Of a stretch of 64,000 nt of DNA, positions 24,001 through 36,300 are shown piece by piece. The notes beneath the pieces were generated by a model, which saw nothing but the letters and a program-made list of their open reading frames with translations, did not search any database and was not told where the DNA came from. This DNA comes from Glaucostegus cemiculus. Its lineage: Eukaryota. The stretch spans positions 1,550,001 through 1,614,000 of the forward strand of contig CDPCPM010000263.1 in NCBI GenBank assembly GCA_976551045.1, read 5' to 3'. The position numbers were made by a program, and so were the translations under genes. Every line of letters starts with the position of its first letter. The stretch's first letter is position 1.

Positions 24001-24327
24001 GATCTCTCACTCTGACTTCTACAAATGCTGTTGTTTAATTGGTATCGTTAACAAAACGTGGTAACTCCACAGACACCTGTCCACAGAAAGGAACATTTAC
24101 ACAACAGGATGATCAGGACTTTCGCTTCACATGTTGGGGATAGTTTCTGCAATGAGGCAGAGATTGGACAATAAAGAGGAAAAGGCCTCATAGTTCATGT
24201 TTCGGTGCAGAGGTAGCTTATTGGCCACTTTTCACACATCACACAGACTAAAACCAGGTTCACATAAACAGCTATTGTTTATTTTACTGAATGGTGTTCA
24301 AAACATCATTCAAACACAGAGGTTTCA

Positions 24328-24795
24328 GACAATCAGAATAAGAATTATTATCACTGACATATGATGTGAAATTTGTTTTACGGCAGCAGTACAGTGCAAA
24401 GACTTAAAAATCTATAAATTACAAAAATAAATAAATAGTGCAAGAGAAGGGAATAATGAGGTAGTGTTCATGGACCGTTCAGAAATCTGATGATGGAGGG
24501 GAAGAATCTGTTCCTGAATCACTGAGTGTGGGTCTTCAGGCTCCTGTACCACCTCCCTGATGGTAGTAATGAGAAGCAGGCATATCCCAGATGGTGAGGG
24601 TCCTTGGTGATGGATGCCACCTTCTTGAGGCACCACCTCTTGAAGATGTCCTTGATGGAGGGGAGGGTTGTGCCTGTGATGGAGCTGGCTGAGTCTACAA
24701 CCCTCTACAGCCTCATGCGATCCTGTGCATTGGAGGCTCCATATCGGGCTGTGATGCAACCAGTCAGAATGCCTTCCACTGTACATCTGTAGCAA
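24328..24795 (-). mobile_element. Rex1/Babar 3' fragment, family B
   Basis: aatcagaat tail; homologous to 35577-35900 and 58837-59213. Confidence 0.88.
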
Positions 24796-24948
24796 TTTAT
24801 AAGAGTTATTGAATCCACAGTTTACTGAATCCATAGTTTAGTGCATTGTTGGACCATGTACCATTTCCAAATCAATCAGAACAAGTACAATGATTAGTGT
24901 TGAAGTGGCTCAGAGCACATAGGCACATGAGATTAATATTAAGTGTTG

Positions 24949-25080
24949 CCCTGATGGAGGGTCCTGACCCAAAACATCAATCATCTTTCTTCTTCCACAG
25001 ATGCTGCTCGACCCATTGAGTTCGTCCAGCAGATTGCTTCTTGCTCCAGATTTCAGTATCTGCAGTCTCTTGTGTCTCTG
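24949..25080 (+). mobile_element. PLE mini-element
   Basis: ccctgatggagggtcctgacccaaaacatc..ccacagatgctgc..ctgcagtctcttgtgtctc. Confidence 0.8.
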
Positions 25081-25199
25081 TTAATAGTAAGGTGCTGGGT
25101 CAGGTGGAAGGGGTGTGAAATGAGCTCACGGTCACCAAGAGATATTTTGAACCTTGTTGAAAGGAAGAAGGGAAAAATAAGAGAACAGGACTAAATGAC

Positions 25200-25295
25200 T
25201 GAAAGCAAACTGCTGGAAGAACTCAGCAGATCAGGCAGCACTTGTGGAGGCAAAGGGATGGTCGATGTTTTGGGTCAAGACCTTGCATCAGGGTT
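25200..25295 (-). mobile_element. PLE mini-element
   Basis: ctgctggaagaactcagcagatcaggcagca..gtcgatgttttgggtcaagaccttgcatcagg. Confidence 0.8.
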
Positions 25296-25835
25296 AAAGG
25301 ACTGTCTTGTGATGGTAGAGCAGAGAGTGGACTGGCTGTGGGAAAAAAGGGTGGGATACCATGTACAATAGGTGAAGATCACTTAGATAAGGAACAACAC
25401 TTTAACCCTGACTAAAACATTTCATTTTTAATCATCCTGTTCACACTCTGGCTGTTTTTAATCATCATCCCAAGATAAATATAACTTTGACTCAAGGCAC
25501 TGATAACAAGTCACACATGACACATCTGAGCAGAAGCTTCACAAAGGATGTGCAGCACATCACTGATCTTATCAAAGTCTAGTGTCCGTAAGTGAATGAG
25601 CAACTGAAACCTCAGCTGTCATGACGTTCCTTTTTAAATTGCAGACTCTGCCCTTCAGCTGAATAGGTAACAGCTTTCTGCATGAACAGAGCTAGATCTG
25701 TGATGTGCAAAAATCAGCCAAAATGTTGTGGCTTTGCTGCAGGACTCTCTGCAGTACTTAGACTTTTCAACATTTATTCTAGCACATCATAAAGGGGTGC
25801 ATGTCATGATCATCCTCCTGACAAAATAAAGCCTC

Positions 25836-26035
25836 ATTCAAGTTCAGGTTCATTGTTGTCATAGGCATGCGTACACCGGGCATAAATGCCATGAAAATGA
25901 GCTTTTTGCAGCAGCTACACAGCACATTACAAGACGAGGACAAAGATAAGTTAACATAAACTTAAATTAACATAAATTATACATCATATACACGTGTGCA
26001 AAAAAACTAAAACAAAACCATAACGACACTAGTGC
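25836..26035 (-). mobile_element. Rex1/Babar-like 3'UTR (further family)
   Basis: ttcaagttcaggttcattgttgtcat..gccatgaaaatgagctttttgcagcagc, a layout like the family A tail. Confidence 0.55.
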
Positions 26036-26456
26036 AGCCTGTCAACAAAATATTGCTCAATAACCTGTACTTTAACTCTGGGGCATTTGATCAACAAATT
26101 GAGAACCATAGCCACCAAAGTACACCAGGCACAGCTTTCCATCTTTTGCTGAAGTATTAAAGCATCTGTGGGATTTGAAGTTGCCCAACTTGGTTGTAAT
26201 TCTGCACACACTGTGGCCCACTGGAATGTGGTGGACACGTCTCCTTTAAATTATAGCACCTTGCTGGGCAAGCAGGGTCAGAGGGACATCAATATGGGTC
26301 TGCTGGCAAAGTTCTCGAGAGCCTGCGAGTTTTACAGGCCAACTCAGTAGCTGACACCTCCTCTACAGAGTGAATGCTACATTGTCTATCAGGTGAGCTA
26401 ATAAACAGAGTGTACTAGCTCTGCCAGTTCAGCTAGATTTTTAAAGACCATGCACT

Positions 26457-26507
26457 CCTCTGGTGTCCTGGCCAACACTCCTCCGGTGTCCTGGCCAACA
26501 CTCCTCC
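26457..26507. repeat. 24-bp tandem duplication within a Deu-SINE remnant
   Basis: ggtgtcctggccaacactcctcc occurs twice in tandem. Confidence 0.9.
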
Positions 26508-26684
26508 CTCAGCTATTCACCATCAAAGCAGGTCATTCATATCATTTCTATGCTTTGATCTCAGGTAATGGGTGATACCACTGGGCTTTGTTTTATTTCT
26601 CCTCCCTAATTAGAGGTCTTAAAGGAAGGCATACATAGCGCCTTTCACAACCTTGTAGCACCTCACAGACAACCAGTCACTGAG

Positions 26685-27345
26685 GTAAGGGACACACATG
26701 GAGACAGACGTCAAGTGCTTCTGGAAGATCATCAACTTGGTGAAAGGCGCTCTTTGGTCTGCCCGAAACTTGTTGGTCTTCCAGCACAGGGAGATGTCCG
26801 TGAGGGAATGCTGCCGACTGGCACATTCCAGGCTGCAGGAGCAGGTGCTGAGGGACCACAGTCTAGACATAAATTTAAATTTTAAATTTTATTTACAGTG
26901 TGGTAACAGGCCCTTTCGGCCCAACGAGTCTGCGCCGCCCATTTTAAACACCCAAATTAACCTACCCGTACGTCTTTAGAATGTGGGAGGAAACCGGAGC
27001 ACCCGGAGGAAACCCACGCAGACACGGGAGAACGTACAAACTCCTTACAGTCAGCGACGGGAATTGAACCTTGATCGCTGGCGCTGTAACAGCGTCGTGC
27101 TAACTGCTACGCTATCGTGCCACCCTAGACATGGAGGGGCTGAGTCGGGTGGGGAAGCCCCTCAAACAACTAAAGGTCGTGTCACCCCAGGGGTGCACAT
27201 TGGCAATGGTGTTATGGTTTAAAAAGATGTTAAAACTACTGAATTTATTGACCAAATGACACTAAGAATGTAAATTGTTTTGCACTGTGTTTATTCTTTT
27301 ATCTATATACTTTATTATATATAAAGTTTATTTATTAAATTTAAA
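26685..27345 (+). mobile_element. Tx1/L1-clade LINE 3' fragment split by a V-SINE
   Basis: ETDVKCFWKIINLVKGALWSARNLLVFQHREMSVRECCRLAHSRLQEQVLRD; homologous to 42830-43330; ends ataaagtttattt..aaaaa. Confidence 0.75.
26871..27124 (-). mobile_element. Young V-SINE (HE1-like) with CR1-type tail, 8-bp TSD
   Basis: CpG-rich tRNA head plus V-domain; tail gttgggccgaaagggcctgtta..(AAATTT)n; CTAGACAT at 26863-26870 and 27125-27132. Confidence 0.92.
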
Positions 27346-27547
27346 AAGTCACTGCAGTAAGGCAGGGAATTGAGCAGTTGACAGCAAAGTCTTCAAATCT
27401 GCAATGTGAAAGTGATCAGGTAATCTATTCTAGGCGTTAGTTAAGGGACAAATGTTGGTCAAGAACTCCCCTGCTCGTCTCGGGATAGTGTTGGGGGATC
27501 TCTTACCTCCAGGTGGGAGGGCTGACAGGGTCTTTGAGTAATCTCCT

Positions 27548-28012
27548 ATACATCACAGGCACACCCCTCCCCACCATTGATAATATCTAAAGGAGGCGCT
27601 GGTTCAAGGAGGCAACATCCATCATCAAATATCCCCACCATCCGGGTCACGCCATCTTCTCGCAGCTCCCATCAGGCAGGAGGTACAGAAGCCTGAAGTC
27701 CCACACCACCAGGTTCAAGAACAGCTACTTCCCTTCAACCATTCAGTTCTTGAATCAACTGGCACAATTTTAAATACTACAGTTTAGCAATACTATGACC
27801 ACTTTGCATTAAAATGGACTTCATTGTTTTTGTTTTAATTGTGTTCTTCCTTGTAAAAATTGTGTATAATTTATGTTTCATTTATGTTTTTCTTGTGAAT
27901 GCTGCTATGTGCCTGTGATGCTGCTGAAAGTAAGTTTTTCATTACACCTGTGCACACATATACTGGTGCGTATGATAATAAACTCGACTTTAACTTTGAC
28001 TTTAGACTTTGA
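27548..28012 (+). mobile_element. Rex1/Babar 3' fragment, family A
   Basis: catcacaggcacacccctccccaccattga..ccatcaggcaggaggtacagaagcc; (GACTTT)n tail. Confidence 0.9.
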
Positions 28013-29204
28013 CGTCTCATCCAAATGATGCCTTGAGATGCTGGCAGTGAAACACGTCCCTGAAATGCCACAGTACCTGTTATGATGGTAGTCTCACAGT
28101 GGAAGTAGTGGGGAATTCTAGGGATAATGAAGAAATGGCACTGTCTATCCATAGTCACAGTGACGGAACTTCAAAAATTAATTACATTTGAAGCATCCTT
28201 TGAGCGGAGGTAAGGGTCAGTAAAAGCAAATTACTTTCACCCCAATTGATCATTGGATCCAAAATTATCTTGGCAAATAACAGGCAATGCTTTCTGATGA
28301 AATGGTGGGCATTGTCTTCAATGCCAAACAGTTTACAAGGTTTCAGGCTATTTTCAGTACCAACTTCCTGTGAATAATCCCCTCCACAGTGCAATACAAC
28401 TGCAGGGCATGTGTGGGAGGCCAACAGGAAAAGACTGTCACTTGATAACCATGCCATCAAACTAGAACAACTTCTTTGCAAGCAGAAGTGTAACCAGTGA
28501 AAGGATTTTTTTTTGCAACTGTTCAATTTGCACATCAGTTGATTTTGCAACAGCTTAAATGAACAGAGAAACAACAACCAATGAAGTCCAACCACTGAAA
28601 TCCAATACTAAATCAAAACTATTTCAATATACAGGAATTTTACTATCCACAGGGCAGTGGCAATGATGGGGTATAGTGCAGGAAAGATCTGTGCACTGAA
28701 TATTGCAGATGCATTAAGATTCACACTTACACATCTCAGATTGGCATTGTCAGCCGCAGCTTTCTTCACTCACAGCTCTGAAGCTGGGTACACAACATTC
28801 AATTTGAATTCAATGGAACTGATTTTATAAAGCATGGCCCACCCCCAGACAGATGTCTCCCTCCCGCCCACAGCTGTCAGTGACCACATTATGTAGGAAT
28901 TGCCCACAAACTTTCCTTGTACGCTGTTTGAATGTAAAAATATTTGCTTTTAAAGAATCGTCCATTTAAATTTTACAATGTTAATATAAGCATGAAGAGT
29001 TTCAGAAATCATTTTACCCAACTTCCCATCACAACCACGTATCCCAAAAATAAAATAAATAGACCCAGACCAAATTCTAGATCTAATCACTTCGGGTTAC
29101 AGATGGACTTACATATAAGCTTATAAGTATTAAAAATCTACAAGGCATCTGGGCCAGACAAGGTTTGAAAAAGTGAGACTAAGTGAGACTGATACTGAAA
29201 AAGT

Positions 29205-29802
29205 GGGATTGAGTTCAAGAGCAGAGAGGTGATGATGCTGCTTTACAAAACTCTAGTTAGACCGCACTTGGAATATTGTGTTCAGTTCTGGCCGCCGCAT
29301 TATAGGAAGGATGTGGAGGCGTTGGAGAGGGTACAGAGGCGATTTACCAGGATGATGCCTGGATTAGAGGGTATGGAATATGAGGAGAGGATTAAGGTGC
29401 TAGGGCTCTACTCGTTGGAGAGGAGGAGGATGAGAGGGGACTTGATAGAGGTGTATAAGATATTGAGAGGAATAGATAGAGTTGACAGCCAGTGCCTCTT
29501 TCCCAGAGCACAGATGCTCAAGACAAGAGGGCATGGCTTTAAGATATTGGGTGGAAAGTTTAGGGGAGATGTCAGAGGGAAGTTTTTCACCCAGAGAGTG
29601 GTTAGCGCATGGAATGCGCTGCCTGGGGTGGTAGTAGAGGCAGATACATTGGACAGGTTCAAGAGATTGTTGGACAGGCACATGGAAGAATGTGGAATAG
29701 TAGGATATGTGGGAGGAATGAGTTAGATTGTGAGATGTTTGAAGGACGGCACAACTTGGTGGGCCGAAGGGCCTGTTTTGTGCTGTATTGTTCTATGGTT
29801 CT
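29205..29802 (+). mobile_element. Young 5'-truncated CR1/HER1 LINE
   Basis: Open 165-aa [60 protein letters not shown]; possible TSD AAAGT at 29200-29204 and 29803-29807. Confidence 0.95.
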
Positions 29803-29849
29803 AAAGTAACCTCAACTCAAGTCAATAGTTTCTGGAATATTCCAAAAGG

Positions 29850-30670
29850 ACAGTTAGAATGCTCTCCACAGTACATCTATAGAAATTTACAAGAGTCTTT
29901 GGTGACATACCAAATCTCCTCCAACTTCTAATGAAGTAGAGCCACTAGTGTGCCTTCTTTATGATTGCATCAATGTGTTGGGTCCAAGATACATCTCTGA
30001 GATGTTGACACCAAGGAACTTGAAGCTGCTCACTTTTTCCACCGCTGACCCCTCAATGAAGACTGGTGTTTGTTCTCCTGATTTCGCCTGCCTGAAGTCC
30101 ACAATCAATTCTTTGGACTTACTGACACTGAGTGCCAGATTGTTGTTGCGACACCATTCAACCAGCTGATTTACCTCACTCCTGTACGCCTCCTCATCGC
30201 CATTTGAGACTCTGCCAACAATAGAGGTGTCATCGGCAAATTTATAGATGGTGTTTGAGCTGTGTCTAGCCACACAGTGATGAGTGTAGAGAGAGTAGAG
30301 CAGTGGGCTAAGCACATATTCTTGATGTATGCTTGTGTTGATTGTCAGCAAGGAGGTGATGTTACTACTGACCTGCATTGACTGGTCTCCCAATGAGGAA
30401 GCTGAGGATCCAGCTGAAGAGGGAGGTACAGAGGCCCAGGTTTTGAAGCTTGTTGATTAGTACTGAGGAGATGATGGTGTTGAATGCCAATTTGTAATTG
30501 ACAAACAGCAGCCTGACATATGTTTTGTTGTTGTCTAGGTGCTCCAATGCCAAGTGGGGAGTCAGTGAAAATGCATCTGTTGTAGACCTGTTCCGGCAGT
30601 AGGCAAATTGCAGTGGGTCCAGGTCCTTGCTCAGGCAGGAGTTGATTCTAGATATGACCAACCTCTCAAA
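29850..30670 (-). mobile_element. Rex1/Babar reverse-transcriptase fragment
   Basis: LDPLQFAYCRNRSTTDA..YVRLLFVNYKLAFNTI and VLSPLLYSLYTHHCVARHSSNTIYKFADDT. Confidence 0.93.
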
Positions 30671-30764
30671 AATGTTTCAGTCAATGTAATAGCAGTTGCT
30701 TTCTCTGACCCAATTACCACTTATGACTGTGTGGAGAGGAAATGTTTGAATCTTCTTTCTAGAC

Positions 30765-30955
30765 TAACATTCAGTGCAGTGTTGAGCAAATGCTGTATTG
30801 CCACAGGTGATACCTTTGGATGAAATGTTAAGCCAGCCCTGTCTGCTCTTCCAGGAGGATGTAAAAGACCCCATTATACAATGTTAAAGAAGAGCAGGTG
30901 AGTTATCCCTTGTGTACTTATCAATATCTATATGTCAACTGTCAACACTAAAATA
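30765..30955 (+). mobile_element. Deu-domain SINE (SacSINE1-like)
   Basis: tttggatgaaatgttaagcc..ctgtctgctcttccaggaggatgtaaaagacccc..aagaagagcagg. Confidence 0.65.
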
Positions 30956-30969
30956 TATTGTGTTCCCGA

Positions 30970-31345
30970 GAAAGCAACACATGTGAAGCTTGAGACTGTC
31001 CAAGACAAAAAAGAACTTTTGATTGGCACCATTCAAAATATTCCGTTCCTCCACCAGCTGTGTACAACAACTGCAGTGTGTGCCATCTGACAGCATCTCC
31101 CAAACCCATGGCCTCTACCATCAGAAAGGCAAGGGCACCAAGTTCACAGCAAGACTGCCACCTGCAAGCTTCTCTCTTAGGAAGACATAATCCTGATGTG
31201 GAAATATCAACACTGGCTCTAAATCCAGGAACTGCCTACCCAGCAAGGCTGAGGGTGGACTACAGTGGTTCATGGTGGCTCTGAACATCCAAAGTGCAAA
31301 TAGAGATGGGGGATAAATCCCCGTGGCATCCAAATCCTGAAATAA
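30970..31345 (+). mobile_element. Old CR1/L2-group LINE 3' end
   Basis: gaagcttgagactgtccaagacaaa..gattggcacc..ctctaccatcagaaaggcaagggca. Confidence 0.55.
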
Positions 31346-31919
31346 AAAGAATATGTGGCAGATCTTGTGGAATTTTGCTCTGGATGATCCTTGTGGCCTT
31401 GAAATGTTTGAGTTCAGCAGAGGCGAATTCAATGTGATGGGACACATTGTTAATATCTCCTAGAACAAACTGCCAGTGCAGCCAAAACTTTGGATATGAG
31501 TTAGTGACAATTAATAATGAGTTCAGGGTGTCAATCAATACCACTGTTAATGCAAATTATAACATTCCATATACTCAGGAGGGGAACAGTTGTCTGCATG
31601 TCATTTTAATTTGTGGCATTTAAATCTGATCTTTGCAAATAATTAATTGAAGTCAATGCCTGATTTTCTCCTGAAAAGAGGGGAATCATTAGATATGTAG
31701 GTCAGGGTATTACTGAGCATGCTGTGTGACTAGAATTTATCTTTCAAATCTAATTTCCAGGGTTGTATGTTGCAGCCTTCCATTAAAGCTCTTAGTACTC
31801 TAGTATTAACCCTTTCTGTGGAAAAAAAACAACCAAAACATTGACAGAGCAGGCCTTAGTTCATCAATGTGTCTCCTTCACAGCAAGTCCCTACTATAGT
31901 TGCTGCTGTAAGTCATTGT

Positions 31920-32160
31920 TGGCTGAAATATACCAGAAAATGGGGCTTAAACTTAATATCCACAAATCAAACATTCTCAATTAAGACGCCTCTCCTGCAC
32001 AGCACTCCATGTCCAACACCAGACTCCTGAAATGGACATTCTTCTCTGAGGTCTGTCAATCCAGAGAAGGAGCATTCGGGGTGCATCGAGGACCTTGCAT
32101 TTATTATTGGGAGCCCACAGGAGCCCAGTACAAATGCTGGAATGAGTGCATGACCTCCCA
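31920..32160 (+). mobile_element. Possible RTE-clade LINE remnant
   Basis: From 31922 translates AEIYQKMGLKLNIHKSNIL, resembling the RT motif GLxLNxxKTKV. Confidence 0.35.
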
Positions 32161-32329
32161 AATTATCTACCTCATACTTCTAAACAAATACCTCCACTGT
32201 TTTAATAACTTGAGGTTAAAGTGGTACAGTAGCTCCAGCAATTAAGTAATGAAGGGTCTGTGCTTAATCCTCACTGACTAGCCTTTAATGCAAAGAGTTT
32301 GGAATGTAAGAAGAAATTAGTCTTGCCAT

Positions 32330-32420
32330 AATTCTGACAAAGGTCTTGGACCTGAAATGTTAACTGTTTCTCTGTCTACAGATGCTGTCTGACCTGCTGA
32401 GTGTTTTTTTTATTTTCTTG
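32330..32420 (+). mobile_element. PLE mini-element
   Basis: ttctgacaaaggtcttggacctgaaatgttaactgtttctctgtctacagatgctgtctgacctgctgag. Confidence 0.75.
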
Positions 32421-32429
32421 CCACCATAT

Positions 32430-32765
32430 GTAGAACCAAAGAGATGCCATGCTAGAGGTACGCATTTTGAGTGCCAAACCTAAGGATATATTTGCCTTAG
32501 AGAAGATGTAATGAAGGTTCACTAGATTAATTCCAAGAATTAGGGATTGTCCTTTGAGGAGAGATTAAGCAGAATTGTTTTATGTTGCAGCTTCTGGATT
32601 TAGCAGAGTAATAGATAATCAAGTCAAAACTTGTAATAAAATTCTCAAGGATGTTTGACAGGCTGGATGCTGAGAATCTGTTACCCCTGGCTGAATAGTC
32701 TGGAGTAAGGGAGCAGAGTCTGAGGTAAGGGCCATTTAAGACTGAGGTGAAAAAGGAAGTCACCC
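32430..32765 (+). mobile_element. Decayed CR1
   Basis: aaggatatatttgccttagag..aaggttcactagattaattcc..ggccatttaagactgagg. Confidence 0.65.
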
Positions 32766-32789
32766 ATGGCTTAATGGATAAAATCAGAA

Positions 32790-33075
32790 GTCTGTGTGTT
32801 GATATCTCACACCAGACCTTTAACTACAAATATCTAAGCTGAGGCACCAATGCAAGAGTGCTGCACAAATGGAGTCGTTGATTTAAGTTTTCCACTGTCT
32901 CAGGTGCTGGCACAGCTTCTGATGGCTCTGTTTAGAAGGGCAGTAATATCTTCTCCGGTGTTCTCACCAATAGTTAGACACTCAGTTAGCATCACAAGAC
33001 CAGATGATCAGGCCACTATCACGTTGCTGTTAGCATGACCTTGAAAAGTGCTGTCGTGTTTCTTATATTAGAATA
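32790..33075 (+). mobile_element. Deu-domain SINE remnant
   Basis: tctccggtgttctcaccaata..cagatgatcaggccactatcacgttgctgtt. Confidence 0.45.
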
Positions 33076-33623
33076 TTGATTGCAAGTACTGCATTGGGTA
33101 AAGGGTGCTTCATCATGACCTGGGGATTTTTTGACTGCACTCCCCACTCAGAAAGTTGTGGCTCTTTGAAACTAGTTTGCAGATGCCCGAGGTTTTGGAA
33201 GATGTTTGCATCTGGAGAACAGTACCCCAACCAAGCACTAATGATATCACAAGGGTTTAGAAATGTGTGACTTAACTAAAGTAGCTGAATGAGCCAAGGC
33301 CTGATTGTAATTTTGGGAAGTGCTGGAGGTTTTGTTTGGAGAATATTTTCCTTTTCTTAGTTTGCCACCTCCTTCCTGAGTTAATGTCAATTTTTATGCA
33401 CCCAAGCATTTACCACTGTCTGATTCCTCACAATGCTTTGACTGTGATTTTGCAACCTGTGAACACTGGTTTAATATTTTCTAGGACTCATAACAATTTT
33501 GCTCCACGTACCCTCCAATTTCCTTTACTCCAAAACCCACAAGTTTTTAAAACCTAAGACTGGTGCCCACTTTATCTGAACTTCTACATTTACTTTCTGC
33601 TCTCTCTCTTCCTCTCTCTTCAG

Positions 33624-33662
33624 CCTTGCCAGGAATGTGGGCTCCGGTCATTCCTTAGTAAG
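33624..33662 (+). CDS. Candidate 39-nt alternative (micro)exon of an unidentified host gene
   Basis: ~45-nt pyrimidine tract ending ttcag, then ccttgccaggaatgtgggctccggtcattccttagtaag, then donor AAG|GTAAAA. Length is 3n; phase-0 reading PCQECGLRSFLSK. Lies in apparently repeat-free sequence. Confidence 0.45.
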
Positions 33663-34819
33663 GTAAAAGAAGCCACATACCATTTCTCAGTCACAGACCA
33701 GTCCCCGTGAGCCCTGCTGTTCTCAAACAGTTAAGTGATTTGACCCAAATAGCACAGGGATCTGACGCTTGCATCTCAGATGTGTCTGTATATTGAGGCT
33801 TAATCCGTCAGCTCGAGGATTTATTTGATTTGCTAGAACCATCTGCCACAGGAGTTGAATAATGCACTGGCTTTTATATCAGGAAGTGCAGGATTACAGA
33901 TGCTGCACTATACAGGAGGCTGTATTCTGTGTTGTGCAGCCTGGAGGCAGAGCTAATTATTCAGATTCCTCCCCTTGTTTAAGAAAAAATAGCAGCCAAT
34001 ACGTTTGGTTTTTATTCCATTAGCAATCTAATGTAATCCTAAAAAAATGTCCAAACCCGCAATCCATGAATGAACATTCTAAGATTTCCATGTCAGAATG
34101 TCGAAAGCATTATAAAATATTTTTAAAGAAATTGTTTCTTTATTGAATTTTAAATTGATTAAGGTGCAATCAGATTACCTATTACATTACAGAATTTTGA
34201 TTTTAAATTAATCTTATTTAGGATCATTTATCAATCTTTCTTAATTTCTCATTTCCTTTTTGACATAAACATTATCTTGAACAAAGGAATCAGCTCAGGT
34301 AGAATCTACAAGTTTTCTGGTTTCTCTTCTCTGCAACACTAGTGATTGAGTGACAATTCAAATCAATCTTTTTAACTGAAAGGATTTATATCATTTAACC
34401 TTGTCAAAGCTGTGATGAAATGCAGGAAAAAGTAAATGTGAGCCAAATGAAAGAGGCTTGAATGTTAGACTTAATCTTTTCTAAAACAAAAACTTGTTCA
34501 TAGAACCTGAGCAAAACTGTTGAAGACATTTTTTATTCACACATTTTGCTGTGCGTCCAACACATCTACCACATAAGAGGGGGTGGGTTCTGTTCAGAAC
34601 AATTAACAGCCATGCTTAGCTACTGTGGAAGATATTAAAGAGCTGAGAATAAATATTTTTAGCAATTCTGATATTTAATGTGCTTGCAAATGTTTGTGTT
34701 AGTAAGTTTAAAAGTCAAAAGTGAAGAAATTCACGTAGGATCACAAGTGATAAACAGGTGTGCGGGCATTGTCTGTGACTGTGCTCCCTATGCACATTCA
34801 TCTGCACTTCCTTTCATCC

Positions 34820-35250
34820 AGTCCATCATCACCGTGTGCTGCTTCAGGAAGGTTAATAGTATTGTGAAGGATGCCTGCCACCTTGGTCATTGCCTCTTCT
34901 CTCTTCTACCTTCTACCTTCTGGGAGGAGATGCAGGAGACTGAAAGGCTGGCCAACTAAACTTAAGAACAGCTTCTTCCCCACTACTATCAGAATTCTGA
35001 ACCAATCACCTCTTCCCAATGGTACTGCCTTCTTCTCGAACTCTTAATTCTACCTCTTCTGTTATTATCACTTTAGCATTTCTTTTTACACTACCTCAGA
35101 CTGTACTACAATCTTTGCACCATCCTGTTGCTTTGCGATCGTCACTGTATTTATTGTTGTACTTGTTATTACCATGTACTATTCTGTAAGCTTCCTGTGC
35201 GTAAGGAATTTCATTGCATCCTGGTGTATATGACAAGAAACTAATCTGAA
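34820..35250 (+). mobile_element. Rex1/Babar 3' fragment (further family)
   Basis: CCFRKVNSIVKDACHLGHCLFSLLPS; aagaacagcttcttcccc; tail aaactaatctgaat. Confidence 0.75.
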
Positions 35251-35576
35251 TATTTATTTTCACTGTGGTGACTATAACTGGCATACACATAGACCAAGCA
35301 ACCAAAGAAAGGCTTTTCCTCACAAGATTTATCCTGGTAAATTTAGTACAGATCCCTTTCATAGGAAGTCACTAGGAGTTCAGATGCAAGGCATTCAGAT
35401 GTCCCTACATCCTTGCACCCTTGGAAGAGGCTGCCTTCTGTAGCATTGACAGGCAGAGTTTAGTGATGCACCTCTCATCACACAATTTCTACTAGCAATA
35501 TTTGACCTATTGCTGACTCCAAACCAATTCTCAAAAGGAATAGTAGTTACGATAGCTTAGTTTAGCCGATGACACT

Positions 35577-35900
35577 CAGAATCAGAATCAGGTTTATTAC
35601 CACTGACATATGTCGTGAAATTTGTTGTTTTGTGGCAGCAGGACCATGCAAGACATAAGGACATAAAAATTATTGTAAGTTACAAAAATAAATAAATAGT
35701 GCAAAAGAGGAATAATGAAGTGGTGTTCATGGGTTCATGGACCCTTCAGAAATCTGATGGTGGAGGGGAAGAACCTGTTCCTGAAACGTTGGGTGTGGGT
35801 CTTCAGACTCCTGTACCTCCTCCACGATGGTAGTAACGTGAACAGGGCATGTCAAGGGTGGTGAGGGTCCTCAATGATGGATGCTGCCTTCTTGAGGCAC
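35577..35900 (-). mobile_element. Rex1/Babar 3' fragment, family B
   Basis: cagaatcagaatcaggtttatt tail; homology to 24328 and 58837. Confidence 0.88.
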
Positions 35901-36300
35901 TATCACTCCTGGCTGCAAGTCAGAAGATTATGGGGTCATCTCACACTGAAGACTTGAGCACAAGAATCCAGGCTGCCAATCCAATGTAGTACCAAGGGAG
36001 TGCTACACTGTTGTTTGTGCAGCCTCACCTAACTTTCCAGTTGAAACATTAAACAATATTTATCAATTAATTAACATCATAAATGGGATTAGTTTAATTA
36101 GGCATTTAATAACTAGTTTAGTTAGTTTGGCACAACTTTGTGGGCTAAATGATTCCTTTCCTCTCACAGATGCTGTATGACATGCTGACTTCCTCCAGCA
36201 GATTGTCTGTTGCTTCAAATAACACTTCACTGGCTGTAAGAAGTTGGGATTTGTGGAAGAAGTGAAAGGTCCTACAGAAATTATGTATTTTTTCCTTTCA
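35900..36300 (+). mobile_element. Deu-SINE remnant containing CR1-tail and PLE scraps
   Basis: agtcagaagattatggg..ccaatgtagtaccaagggagtgctacactg; PLE cagatgctg motif at ~36170; tail cttcactggctgtaagaagttggga. Confidence 0.45.

Noticed and set aside
29166-29205. Short direct repeats aagtgagact x2 and tgaaaaagtg x2 (similar micro-duplications at 24815, 44196, 57920)
   Set aside because: Ordinary slippage or repair duplications with no spacer-repeat array structure; not CRISPR
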